A stretch of DNA of 64,000 bases from Orbicella franksi (Eukaryota), in contig OZ116702.1 of assembly GCA_964199315.1 (NCBI GenBank), forward strand, positions 10,664,001 through 10,728,000, given 5' to 3'. The translations under genes were made by a program, and so were the position numbers. Below, in pieces: positions 1 to 13,945 of this stretch (position 1 is the first letter of the stretch; each line of letters opens with the position of its first letter). A model generated the notes under the pieces. The model was not told the DNA's origin and did no database searches. It saw only the letters and a list, made by a program, of their open reading frames with translations.

Positions 1-95
1 GCCCAAGAACACCATGCACTGACTCCCTGCCAGGGCTAGAACTCAGAAAACTTGATCTGGAATCCAGCTTGCTATCCATTAGGTCACTGTGTCTC
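1..95 (-). mobile_element. Degenerate tRNA-derived SINE 5' fragment
   Basis: Reverse complement resembles the head of the better-preserved SINE at 17453-17700 (cttgggc, cagggctagaac, ctatccattaggtcac). Similar decayed copies lie at ~1597-1690, 2250-2420 and 2480-2710. Confidence 0.55.
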
Positions 96-149
96 TTCTC
101 TAGAATATGTGGCCTAGGAAAATTATATGTTTATCACTGTTTTCCTTAC

Positions 150-3007
150 TTTGGTTGTTTTCCACTTTGCTGTGAGTCTCTAGCTCCCTGTGCAGTTCCT
201 CGTTTGGCTCTAACTGTGTATCGATGGAAAGTTTTGTGTGTCAAAACTTCTTTCCCACTGAACACTGCTCCAGCAAAGTGACCTCCTGCCGTCATCAATA
301 TAATCCAGTAATGCTTCTTCGGTAGACTTGTAAACAGAGAAAGTGTTTCAGCTGGTGTGGCTGGGATATTCTGTAAATAGAAGGATGTTGGTGGGTAGAT
401 TGTTACACAAGAAGACAGGCAAAGAGGAAAGTACACTGTAGGTAGGAAGGTGGGTTGGTACATGCATGTTGGTATGAACATAGACAGGTAGAAAGGCAGG
501 CAGGCAGTCAAAAAGCTAGGCATGTAGGTAGCTCAGACAGGTAGGGAACTAGCTAGCCACTAGCTAGGTAGACAGGCAGGTAGGTATGTAAGGTGGATAG
601 GTAAGTACCTTGACTGAGTGCAACACACTGCGATAAACGGACAACACTTCTCCCTCTCCACTAACAAAAAACACCTTGGGGTGTTGTCGTCCAGTTGGGC
701 ATGACTCATTTTCATCCGGTGTTTCAGGTAATAGGCTATTGATGGATGGTTTACTGTCCTGATTAGACTCCAGAGTCAGGTCACCATCACTATCTGTATC
801 ACTATCAGAACCAGAAATACTGGATACCTCACCTGGGGAAAAAGAAATTATACAAAGATAATAATATTAAACTTTGACAGATTGGGGTACAAACTCCGAG
901 GTTCAGCTTTCCTCATTCTTAATGCTATATATATACAGTACTCAGTTATAAATTATTAATACTTAACTATGAATTAAATTGTATTATTTTTCGATTTGGC
1001 TAAGCATGATACATGTAGCTGAAGAATTATCACTGCCAAGGTGTGCTATCTGCCAGGGCGGAGTAGAAAACACCAAAGCAATCATTAACTGGTATCAGGC
1101 AAGGTAGTAGCTTTTTCCTTTGAAGAGTTGAAATCTTTTGTTTTCCTTCTTGCTGTTTGTTATGAACCAAGTGATGCATAGCAAAATCTATGCCATTTTC
1201 TGTAAGATAATGTCAGTGAGAATTACTGACCTGTGGATAACACATCACAATTTGATGCCAACATGAGTAAGCTGGTATGCTCTCAGCCATTAAGAATACA
1301 GGTAGCAAGCAAGTTATCATAGACAATAATTACCAAGCTCTAAATAACTACATAATTACCAGAAATAGTTTCCTCAAATGCATCCTCTGTCAGAACTGGC
1401 TTGTTCAAGAGTCTCTGTTTCAAGTTGAATCTGTGCCAATCTAACTTAAAGTGTTCTCTCTAGAAAATTTACAAAAAGGAATTAGAATTTCCTATGTCCT
1501 TTGAATCAAATCTATGTAAAATAAGCATCCCTTAAAAATGCTTACAACATTAAAAAAAAGAGAGAGTTGTACTAGTCTTGACCATGCAGTTTTGATCCTG
1601 GTCACGGTTATTGTGTTACGTTCTTGGGTAAAATGTTACTCTCACAGTGCCTTTCTACACAGGTGTAATTAATTAGGTAACAAGGAAATTGTTAGCCAGG
1701 CAACCCAAGAAAAATGGTGGCTCGAGAATTTCCTCTTATTCCTAGCCAGCTTATGGTATGGAACATGTAGCCAAATCAGTGCACCAATAGAAATTAAATT
1801 TTCCTTAAAACACTGTTTACTAAATAATTTCTAAGTGGCCAGATTGAGCCATGAGTGAGTAATTTAACTGTACTACATTGGTTACCTGGATTTCAACAGA
1901 CTCAAATACAATTTGGCAAACAGAACAGCTCATTCCAGTCTTGTCTCCAGCTTCAGGTACATGTGAATCTGTTTTACAAAGATTAATCTGAATCAATTTT
2001 ATCTCCTCACCAGCAATATTACTATAAGCCACTAAAAGTATCTAAACTACAAATGTGTACTTCAAGGAGTTCCATCCATTTTTCTGTAGAGCTGCATAGT
2101 CAACGTAATAATACTTTTTGGGTCCATGGCTAGCCTCTAAGACTAGCATTTTTCTTATTAAGTCATATTCGGGCAAAACTGGCCAACACTGCCCGAGCTT
2201 AACCTGGTTTGAATACCACAACTAGGAGTACGTCCATTCATTACCAAGATGGGATCCTCACCCCAACAATTCCCATCCACAGTTAGTCAGATAATTTGGC
2301 CTAGTATATAACCAATATCAATTCATACTCTCATATGATGAGAGATACTGTACAAGTATGACCTCGGCCAACGATCAAAGCGAGACTGGTGATTGAAGAG
2401 TCCAGCGCACTAGCCATTAAGCAATCACACTAGTATTGTTCTTGTAGTGAATTTAAGCCTATTGGTTGTTGTGGTGGACTTCGGAATAAGTGGTCCTGGG
2501 TAGAATCGACAGCCAGGGTCACTGTGTTGTGTTCTTAGGCAAGATGTGTACTCTCAAGGTTCCTCTCTTGCTGTGGAAGGGGGAGCTCTTCCATGGTCTA
2601 GGACCAAACCATGCCCAGGGAGAGACAAATACTCCCAGTTGTTTCAGGCTATGGAAACAAGTGCAATAACAGCCAGCCTGGTGGGCCATTAGGGTCAAAT
2701 GCAGACTTATATTGACTGCTTTACTTACTATGTACGTAAACAGTGAACTTTTTCCCTAAGGGTGGGCTTAATTAAGCTTATAATAAGACGTACATAAAAT
2801 TGATAGTCAGAACCGCTAACCAATCTGAACATTACATTGTACATTACCCTTTTCGTGGTTGTGCTCTTTGTTCCATAGCTCTAGCTGTTCGCCGTTGCCT
2901 GTTCCATGGCCAAGATCTTTCGTGATAATACGAACATCCCTCAAGAGATCGTTCAACTCTTGGTCAAAGAGCGATACGCAGGGTCTCGAATTAGATGAAG
3001 CCGCCAT
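150..3007 (-). CDS. ANKZF1: ANKZF1/Vms1-like protein (C2H2 zinc finger + VLRF1 domain), 5' five coding exons; gene continues beyond window start
   Basis: Exons 3007-2848, 2031-1886, 1459-1360, 832-609, 370-150; all GT/AG with consistent phases (1,0,1,0). Spliced protein has [31 protein letters not shown] (C2H2), the acidic [11 protein letters not shown] tract and GGHFAGAVF...[18 protein letters not shown] (VLRF1 with catalytic Gln), recognised as ANKZF1. Confidence 0.93.
380..605. repeat. Degenerate (GTAG/GCAG)n tetranucleotide repeat in ANKZF1 intron
   Basis: Runs such as gtaggtaggaaggtggg, gacaggcaggtaggtatg; it explains the spurious N-terminal part of ORF 146..523. Confidence 0.7.
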
Positions 3008-4952
3008 CTCGTCTGTTGACCAGCCAAATGGAAAACTTGTCTGCGTTATTGATCCCTTTCTAGTTCAACTGTGAGCTAGTACTAGAATGCCCTTGTTTTC
3101 ATACCAGCTCTTCCACTGAATATTGCACCACAATATTCCGTCATCGTAGAATTTATAGGACACACGTAACGCAACCAGGCCTTTGAACAACTAATTTCCA
3201 ATCAACTGCGTTTCAATTGTCCCCGTTTGTCGCAGGTACCGACTACACTTTGATGTATTTATCAAAATAACTTCTCTGTTTTTGAACTGAAACCAGATAT
3301 TACACGTAATATCAACAGTGGCATCAATAGTGCAGTTTGGCCGCCATCTTGAAAATGCTTTGCTTTGTGGTTTCCACTCTTAACCGCGAGGAACGAATGC
3401 GAGGCTACGAAAGTACGCGCAGCACCCGTGCAAGTTTTGCGCGTGAGAAATCAGACAGTTGTAAAAACATAAATGATTGTTCCATACTGGGCTCTATAAA
3501 TTTGTGCGGAACATTTCAACAAATATGTGAAGTTTGGGGAAGTAACTTCTTCATCTACCTATAATATCGCTAAATTTTCTTGAATTCACCCACTAAATGG
3601 TTCTCGATTTAATTTTTATTGCGTGACGGCTAGAACAATCTACTGGCGATTCTGGGGATGAGAATGTATTATCCGAAGTATACGTATCCGATTTCCTGAT
3701 CCAATTTAAAGGGGCAATACCAAAAGAGATTGTACTACGCATTTTTTGGATCAAAAACGTGGTTAAAATAAAATTAAATCTAAGAATCTTCACTCATAAA
3801 CTCCGAGTAAGCGAGATATGCCTTAAACATCAAAATAGAGATATTAAAAAAATAATTGAAGGGGAGCAAAGTGAAGATTAGTTAATGAGTGTTTTTTTTC
3901 CGTAACATAGGAGAAGATCAATCGTGCGCATGCGCAACTTTAAAAGCACGATGCACTGGTATAGCGGTGCATAACACAACTCAAGGCAAGAGAGACCGTA
4001 TTTACCACATTTCCAAACACGAAGGAAACTGGAAAATACGGCGCGACTACTCTTGACGAAATGCGAGGTGTTTGGAAATGTGCTGCACCTTTTTGTTGCT
4101 GCATGAAATTAAAGAAGAATTTTGAGTAAATGCTAACTCCTTCAAATGTTTAAGACTTTTATTGCTTCAAGCACTGACTTTTTATATCACTTAAGTTAAG
4201 TACCAAAACATATGACTACATGGGAGACATGTTACATGTCTATTATTTTCTTACTGTACATTTTTACCTGTTCACATTGTGCTACTGATTTCTAAAAAAC
4301 ACCGTCAGCTTTTTCCCCAAGAAAAGACAATACTTTTAAATCTTATGTTAATTTCTTTTTCCGAGAGACAAAGCTTAAAACTTTTATGAGTCAATATTTT
4401 TAAAACCCGTTACCATTTGATTCAGACAATATTACAATTTCCAAAACTATGTTCTATTGCATTTTTCAAGCGTTTCCTCTTTTGAGGTAATCAAATCCTC
4501 TTTTTCCTAACCCCTGATCTGCTACGATTTGTTTTAAAGAGGTACAGAGGATGAATGAATTCATTCTTCTTCGTCTTTCCTTCATCTGAGTACGGACCTA
4601 AGGACCATCTGCACACCAATCACTACCAGCCCTTGCTGAAAAGGAGCCATGTTTTGATATATCGATAAAGGACGAAACTCTCAAAATAATAGTTGACTAA
4701 AACGACGGAAAAACACGACAAATGTAATAACAAATGAGAAAGGAATAAGAATGGTCGCTATGACGGACGAATGAGATGAAATGAAAATGACAAACTTGAA
4801 TTTCACCGCACTCGTATTACTAACTTACTGGAAAATCACCCATCCTTAGTTTTAGCCAGAAAAGCAAGAAATGAATTCATTGTTTCCTTCATTATTCATT
4901 GGAATATACTATCATGCTTTCATATTATTTCACTTATACGGTTCAACGTAAT

Positions 4953-6610
4953 TCATGGCCAGTCTTTCAGAAGATCTACGGCTTGCTGTTTCGTCTTGGT
5001 GCACCAGGGTAAAAAATCCCTGTATTTTGAGGTCCAGTCTTCTTGCAATTCAACTTCGCCGGTCATAATCTTCTCTCTAGCCATGGGGCGCACAGGTCCA
5101 CTAATATCAGGTGTTTCTAAGAACTCGACAAAACAGTCCTCTGGGCTAATGCAGGGAGCATTATCGAGCTCCAAAAGCACCAATTCGCTGCTCTCCTTAC
5201 CAGGGTGCAAAGTGCTGGCTGGAACGAACAGGGTGACCTGGGGTCCAACAACGGGCCAGTAACGACCAATGTTAAATCCGTTGACGAAAGCTTGGCCCTG
5301 GAAAACATAGAACAGTATCGTGGATTGTTCAACACTATCGAAAAGATTTTGCTGACCAAGAAGCGCGAGGAGATTTTCTTACCAGCAAACCATAGTTAAT
5401 AGAATCTATTAACTATGAGCAAACCAATAGCAAGAGAAACTTTTAAATTTAATCCTTTCTAAATGTCGCTGCCGACAACATGCGACTCGAGTACTAACCT
5501 TGTACAAGGCCCACAGTAAAGATAACAACTTTTCAAGTTCCGAGGATAAACTGACCCATTCCCCTCCTTACCCCTCCCCCCTTCCCTACCCCGGGTCAAG
5601 CCATTAAGTCAAGTAAGTTGAATTTAAGGATAAATCGGACGGCTAGCAGTTTAGTGGAATGATCAATAACAGCATTCTCCCTACAACTTAAACTTATTGT
5701 CAAGCGTTCAGGTGAAGAGAACATACAAACGCATCAAACTGGATGTCTTCTCTTCATGTACAACAAATTCCCAAGACTTGCGTTGTTAGAAATACGGGAT
5801 TGGCTGTAAGAAATCAAAACACAAAATTTTCGACCTTAAATATATTACACAAACGTCTTTTCACCTTAAACCAGCCAGGAAGATTGAGGAAAGTGTCTTT
5901 AGGAATGCCATCTGGTGCTGGAGGAATTTCACCAATGTAGAAAGTTGGAATTTGAATGCTATCCTCGTCGTTTTTAACCGCAGCATGTGGAGACTTCTCA
6001 ATGCCCACAACAAGGTCTAAGTGTAAGGGATACATCTTCCAGTTTCTAAGGACCACATTGTCGAGGGTCACATCTCCGAGGATCCCTTTCGGGTCTTGTA
6101 AATGAGGCCCATAATTAATGCGGCCCATGTTTTCCACCAGGATGTCCAAGGTCGCACCGGCTTTAACTTTGATGGTGGCGGTGGTCTTGCCACCAACGCG
6201 AATCAGAGTTGCCTGGCGAACCTTCCAAACAAAACAAACAATGGAAACATAACCGTAAAATTTCGACAAGCGCTGGGGTTAGCGCTTTACCTGGGCTTCA
6301 CGCCTGAGAAATAGACCATACTCGTATTAAAATATAACCTTAATTTACCCTCGGCAATGTTTATAGCACAAGTACTAGTAGGGCCGAGCAAACAACTGAC
6401 ACAAATATTAATAATTCAAATTGTATATAACGTTGTTAAGAATCCCAACTGGCCGGAGGTAAACCAGTTGGCTATTTACAAGTGTGGCCGAGGATTTGAA
6501 GTCGAGGCTACCTAGAAACAAATCCAGATAGTGGTCAGAGCGTGACTCGAACCCGGGACCGCTGGATGGCGAGTCCGACACTCTGACGACTCGGCCACGC
6601 CGCCTCCTCG

Positions 6611-6642
<32 letters not shown>

Positions 6643-9600
6643 CCATGAAGGGGGAAATCATTAAGAAAGAGGTAAATGTCATTTGCATTTGAAAAGACTC
6701 CCCACATTAGCCTTATTTGCAAGTTTCAGTCCAACACCGAGAATATGAATATGGCCTACTTGAAACGGCGGTTTGACTCTGAAAATGCATAAAATGTTTT
6801 CCGGCCACACTACGGCACAGAAATTTGAAAAGGCAACAATCACCCGCCATTTTGGATTTTTGTTTGAGGAAAACTCAGTCAGGGAAATCCCTTGATTATC
6901 GTGACGTGATCGTATTCGAAAAAACTCCGCTTTCAAAATGTTTTCCGTCCACACGAAAACGCAAAACCGGCATTTTCAAAATCCACCGGTTTGAAGAGCG
7001 TTTTCGAAAAGCTCCTCTTTTGGAACGGACTAGTGTGGGCGGTAGGCCTAACCGTACAAATAAAGCTGCGTTTTCAAATTTTCTCTGCCGCATTGTGTGC
7101 GGGGCATAAGTCCGACACGTTAGGAATCGAAAAGCCTGTCAAACATTTCACAAACCTGATTGACAAAAACAATTCCCCTGTCGCGCAGTCCTGGAATACT
7201 GATGTTCACCGCAGACCCGTTTAAGGGAATCATAGTTCGATAAAGGATGAATCCATAGTTTTGTCCAATCTGCTCCATGCTGAGAGTGTCATAACACAGG
7301 ACAGGTCCGGATGGTGTCAGGTATTTTAGCAGATCAAAAATAGAATTGAGCTACGATGGAAATTAAAGAAAAATTATCAGTCCAGCTAGCACAGAAGGCT
7401 GCCTCCTCTCTCTAAAACATCCCGGACTTTTTCAAACTGATTGTGTGCCAATGGGCCAAATTTTCCGATATGTTAAAATTCTAACTTGGCTCCGAGGCTT
7501 AGGGGAATAAAACAAACGAAATCGCATCGAGGATGAGGGATGAATAATTAATTTCTTTTGTTTTATTTCCCTAAGCCTCGGAGCCAAGTTAGAATTTTAG
7601 TATATCGGAATTGGCCTAATGCACTGAAGGTAGAAAAGGGAGAGGGGGGGGGCGGTGGCGGGTAAGACGGGGCTCCCTCCATTTCACGAACGAATTTTAG
7701 CACAATTCGCCCATTACTTATACTTTTGTCATAAAGTAATGAATCACGTAATATGTCATTTAGCTGCTTTCTACGCGTCACACCCTAAAGTTTTCTGCAT
7801 AACGTGTCACGCATGGTTAGGGAAGTTGTGATCTAAGAGGCAGTCTGAGGAAGTTAGAGTTTAAATATTGTGCTCGCATATCTTTGATATCGCGGGGATT
7901 GATGTTTGCAGCAAAAAGGCTTGCGGTTTCTGAAGGTTTTACTGACACTATTTTATCACAACGGAATTTTAGCAGGTGTAAAATTGTTGCTTCCTTTGTA
8001 GCAGAAAATTCTTTAAAACAAAAGTGATAAATTTAAATTTAAAAACACTCTCAGGTTAAAAAATAGTCTAAAATTTTGAGCTTTCGATTGCCAGTCTGCA
8101 ATCTTTGACAAATAGTGAATAAAAAGCGCGATCGTTGAAATATATACAAGTACGGTAAAAAGTGTGAAGAAGAAAAAATTACAATGAGAACAAAAAGATA
8201 TTTGCGAGGAAATAAAATATGGGGTTCATAGAGGAATAGAATAATTCGAATGAAAGCGATAATTCAAATAAAAGCGATTAAATTCCTCTAACTTACGACC
8301 TTGCTATGGAATTACAGCACAGTAAAGCTAACCCACCTGGGTCATCATAACCTTTCCATAAGCAAACTTCTTAGTGGCTGGAGGCACAGGGCCTGGGGGG
8401 ACTGAGGCATACTTGGCAATGGTCTCCATGATCAAAAAGTATTTTGTTGTCGGATCGCCGGCCTCTGTCAGTGGCGCATCATAGTCGTAACTGGTGGGCT
8501 GTGGTTGAAACTTACGACTATCTTGATAACCATTGGCTCCTGTGTGTTAAACAAGTGACATGTAACCTCATAAGAACAGTTCTTCATTTAGGTTTCTGTC
8601 ACATGAAATGACCAAGGTCCAGTTGTTAAAATCATGATTAAATTAATCCAGGATTAGCAACTAGTTTGAATTCTCTGGAAAGATATTTGGCCATTTGGAT
8701 TTACTTTTCCAGCAAAAAAAGGAGACCCTAGATCTGACAACAGTAAATATACAAAGCCAAGTTGTTGGAACGCGAGTTAACGCTCACCCAGGATTAAAAG
8801 TTAATCAAAGTATTAATTTTTTCACTGGATATGTTTTGTGCGGTTTGAGTTTATTCAAACTGAAAACTGAAGGACAAACAAAATAAACAGAATTTAACTA
8901 CACTGAAAAGTTACCCAACTGAAATCAAAATTCTTGCTAATCCTGCATTACCTCAATCAGGCTTTAAACAACCTGGCCTAGAACTGTAACTCACAGCACC
9001 TACCATTCATGAAACCAAAACTTGTACCACCTTGAAACATATACAAATTGACCGAGGCATTCATTTCGAGGATCTTATCAAGGTACAATCCAATCGCTGC
9101 CGCCTCTCTCTTCTGGTGTCCCTCTGCCCAGTGGTCCAACCATCCTGGATAAAATTCTGAATTCACTAAGGGGCCCTTTGGTTGGAACTTACGCAGCTGA
9201 GAAAAGGGGACTGAAGGATCAATACCTGAGGGATTAACAAAAAATCAGTCTCAATTAACAAGACATAAGGTGGACACCCTCCCACAATAATTGCCTCCTT
9301 GCAACTTGACACCTCTCTATGCTGGATACTGGATACATGTACATAGCTACACGGAAGACAGACAGCCCTCAAAGTTGCACACTTTCCTATACAGTTGGAT
9401 ATTATGTGCTGTTCATATCTAACCTTGATCCCTCACTATGCTGGGTTTGTACAGCTTTGCAAAGTAGACAACACCAGTTAACACCACACTAAAGCAAACA
9501 CATTTCTAATGGTGACAACTCTTTATGGCAGACATGTCTCTAAAGGCAGGCACCTCTCTAATTGGGCAGGTACTTCTCTAAGGTAGACACCTCGCTAAGG

Positions 9601-12600
9601 CAGACACTTCTTTAAGACAAGAGCCTTTCCAAGGTGGACACCTCAAACAATGGAGTCCTCTCTAAGACAGACACCTCTCTAACTAAGGCAGAATTAAGAT
9701 TTCTCTAAGGCAGACACCTCTGTAAGGTAGATACTTCTCAAAGGCAGACACCTATCTAATGTAGACACCTCCCCAAGGCAGCCACCTCTTAAGGTGGACA
9801 CTTCTCTGAGGTGGACAGACCTTTCTAAAGCAGACACCTCTTGAGGGCAGATACCTCTCTAGGTGGAAACCTCTCCTAGAAGACACCTCTCCGAGGAAGA
9901 TACTTATTCATAATGAAAATCTGGTTACCACTCTCTAAAAGACACAATTTCAAGGCTGACAGATCAGAGTTACTCCCATGCATCTTAAATAACTCTAGAG
10001 GGAGTTGACAGCCACTTATTGCTCTGATGACAAAATAATGTTATTCACCTGCTCCAAAGTCCACAGTGGTAAAGAGCGAGGGAAGTGAGCCACATTCAAG
10101 CATCCTATCATTGAAGCCATCTGTAGTAAATAAAATCACATCTTTACCGAGATGCTGCTCAAACAAGTCCTGGAGGTGAGACATGTATTGATGGTCACAG
10201 GTGAAATAACTACCATATTCATTCTCCACCTGCAAAAGAAAAAATTCACAGTTACTGTAACAAATATTTATTTTCTCCAAAGAACATGCCGGTGTGATTA
10301 CATAGCACCTTGCTAAGAATGGCGTTAAGTCAAGATGCAGGCTAAAGGACAGAATGAAATCTGACGAAAAAGTCTGTATTGAAACCAGTGTTTCCATCCG
10401 TGCAGGGGTTTCATTATTGTTTTCAGAAGGAGGGAAACTGGTTTTCACAGATGGGCAAAACTATTACAACTGAACTTCTTTGTTAGTAAGAAAAGCTTTC
10501 CACTAGAAGGTCAAACCAGCTGGGCAAAATTGTCCTCAGAGCTGGCCAATTTGCCTGGTGCCCGGTCCTTATTGACACCCCTGCCATGAGTTGCACATAA
10601 CGAGAAGAATTACAGATGTCTTCTCATACTAGTGGCTGGAGAAAATCACTTGAATGTCCTTATCCCTGGGAGGTAGTTATCCTATGGACACCAAGGCGAT
10701 TATATGTTAGCCCTCATAATCCATCAAATATTTTTGCTTTTGCACAATAATGCATTATGTGACTGAATATGCCACAGCTAAAACTGGGAAATATCCAAGT
10801 GATATTCCCCAAATTTAAAACTGCATGTGTTGCAGAAAATATTTGAAGGATAATAAACAAATTATAGCCCCCATTTGGCACAAAAATAAGTTCAACATTT
10901 GTCCTTGCAATGGATATTATCTGTTCCTCATTAAAGCCCACAGTTTTCCTCGAGCTATGCTGTTGGAAAACTGTTTGCTTCTCAGAACGGATAATGTCCA
11001 CAGAAAAATACCCAAGGCAAGCATATTTTTGCACCAAATGGAGGCTATTGTCTATATACTTATCAGACAGGTCTGTTAAGCTTTCATGCAGATTTGTCAG
11101 CCCAATTATAAAGACATAATTGTTACAAACCAACTTGCATTGAGCACTACCTGAACAGCAATGATAGGTCCCCCATTGGCGTACAGAAGAGGCTTCAGCC
11201 TTGGAAGCAGAACACTCATCCAACGATCCACTGCAGCAATATAACCTGAGGACAAATTAGAAAACTAGCTGAACTACTGCAATGATGCATGCCAATGAAT
11301 GTAATAAGAGGTCTGTACACATATACGTATTACTGTACACTGTGTGCAGTTTCAAGTGGAAAAAGAGAGAGTATTTGTATAAACTACTGACAGAAGCAAT
11401 TCAACTGGATGGGATACTGGATTGACACTCTCTCTCCCTCTCCCCCACCGTATTCTCCCTAGATCTAGAAGACAGATCATATATATGCTGCACATTTCTC
11501 TCATAAATACATCATGTGCACATATGTATAGTGTACAAGTCAATACAGGATTTTGCTATTATAAACATTTTTCCCTACCTTTGTCTGAAGACGACCTCAA
11601 CCTTGCTTTTGTGTAATTCTTTAGCAACCAGGGAGGAAAGCCACCCTACAATCATAAAGAAAGAAGATTGTCAACTACGTTAATTCATCCACAATAAAAT
11701 TAACACCCTGAAGCTAAATAAACTCTTATTGTGTGTTATTTCAGGATTGTGCTCCATACTGATCTAAGAATTTGGTGATTTTTAAGACTCGATATATTTA
11801 GGAATTATTCTTTATAAAGATCAAAACAATAAAAACACTGAACATGCATGAATAACTTTGAACTGCATAAATTGTCAGCAATTTTTTTAAGAACATATAC
11901 TCAAAAACTTGGCTCTTTGTATTGTCTGTGTTTTTTTCAGGAGTTAATTTTTTAAAACATTAGATAGATACATGTACTCTTGTAAAAGTACCTAGATGGT
12001 GACATAAAAACCAAGTCTCTTACTCACCAGATCCCACTCAGCACAAATGTAAGGACCTGCATAATGAAAAATGAAGATAGTTTACACAAAATATATTATT
12101 TGTTTATTGACTTTCAAGAAAGAGTATTAAGAATTTATCAATGTCATCTTTAATAAAAATAAAAATGCTTAATCTATATAAGCCTGGGTAGCCTACTCCA
12201 GGATATATAATTCAAACTCATATTGATATTAATTATTAGAAAACAATCCTAAGAAAATATGCACGCTGTTTGGTTAAAAATTGTGTTTCTATAACTCGTT
12301 GGAAACACAGAACTAGCACAACATGTTGACATAATGATGGCGCAAGCTAGGAGAATTTACATTTTGATGATCAAAGTAAATAAGCTATTTTTCTTTTTTT
12401 CATGGCAGTGTTTACTAAAAGAAATAGAAAACATGTTCTCCGTGTTTATATCGGGTTATAGAAACACTCGTGAAAGTTTGGGAGAACTCGAAAAAGCTGT
12501 GGAAACAACCAGCTACGGCTCATAGTCCCACAGCATTTCTCATTCTCCCAAACTTCCACTTGTGTTTCTATAACTCGATAGAAACACGGCACATGTTTTC

Positions 12601-13910
12601 TATTTCTTAAATATTTATTAATAGATTGTGCATTACTAATGACTGACTTTCAAGGAATGAAGGAAATTATTCTGCAATAGGTGATAAAAGCCCGGAGGGT
12701 TTAGGGCAACTGTGTCAGCCGCAATGGTCATAAATAAGGTATTGACTTTTTAGTCAGGTCATTTATAGGGTAGGGAAATCACAGATTTCGTTCAAAAATG
12801 GGGTTAAGGGAAACTGGCTGCACACCCCCACCCAATTTTTCTGAGGGAACCCCCCTCCCCCGGGGGGGGGGGGGAGAGAACTACTAGTAATAATCATTCA
12901 GGGATATGAGCCAACTTCGGGTTAATTTTACTGGCTGAAAGACTAACAGGTTCATTTTGAAGGTATAAAATCCTTTTTAATGAACTTCCTAAATCATCCA
13001 TAGTTGTTATATAATCCCCAGAGTGGAATATTGACTCACCTGCTCTAACTATGACCAAGAGTCCTGATGATTGTGCCATCTGAATAAAACTAACCAAATC
13101 ATTGTTGCCATTGAAATCATACTGTCCTTCCTGTGCTTCGTGCATGTTCCAAGCTACATACCTACATGTATGGAAAAATATTTTAACAGTCATTGAGTCA
13201 TGTCGAGATATTGCATCCAGTTCATCCATGGATAATGTCACCATGTGCAAATTGTACGGATTAGTTTTCGCAGATGTTGAAATTGTAAAGTGGCTTCAGG
13301 GCGAGCAAAGTTTGTTCCACAGAATTAGTAAATTAAGCTTATTATAAGGTACATGTACCATTTAAAGGCTCTTCAAACCAGATCACACCTCTGGATGAAA
13401 CCCAAATTTCCAAGACAAATACAAACAAAAGAAGCCAAGTGCAATCAATAATTACTGATGGTAACTGTGCCGACACTTTAAACCAGGAAATCTTACAGAG
13501 ATGAGACTTTGCATGCACTGGATGCCGATGAAAGTACCGGTAGGTAATGTTCTGTTGTGTCCCTCTATAAAACAACCAATGGGGTGTATAGTATTCTACC
13601 ATGGATTAGGAGCAAGTATCCTACCAGAACCTTTAACTACTACTTCAGACCTAACAGCAGAGCTCAGGTGGCCCAAAGGGCTGCCATGTGGAGCACCATA
13701 ACAATAGGAACAGAACCACATGCATGCATAGAAATAGAAAACCATCCAACTCTTTTTTCATGGTCAACATGGCTAGCAGCGTGGATGGCGGGCACATGCA
13801 CCCCATGATAAATAATGACGTTGTGCAACATGGTGGCAATACTCCAGCTAATAGGTCAAGCAAGGCATGCAGCCTTGGTTCACAGCATACATGTAAATAT
13901 TGGACATCCC

Positions 13911-13945
<35 letters not shown>

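Larger units (their letters stand above)
6295..7108. mobile_element. Harbinger-like MITE (outer element of a nested stack)
   Basis: Internal motifs ccacactacggcacagaaatttgaaa and a right end aaatttctctgccgcattgtgtgcggggc. A short left piece (acgcctgagaaa, ~6300-6311) rejoins ttgaaacggcgg at ~6760 once the inner elements are removed. Confidence 0.6.

Noticed and set aside
3337-3793. ORFs 3337-3564 and 3593-3793 between ANKZF1 and gene A
   Set aside because: No recognisable domain or splice structure; the sequence looks like a dispersed repeat.
3925-3936. Perfect NRF1-type palindrome TGCGCATGCGCA upstream of ANKZF1
   Set aside because: About 900 bp from the ATG and embedded in repeat-like sequence; a single motif with no conservation data.
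11165-11180. Apparent frameshift in the NGGP motif of gene A exon 5
   Set aside because: Recount shows five G on the minus strand (AAT GGG GGA CCT); the exon is 95 nt and in frame.
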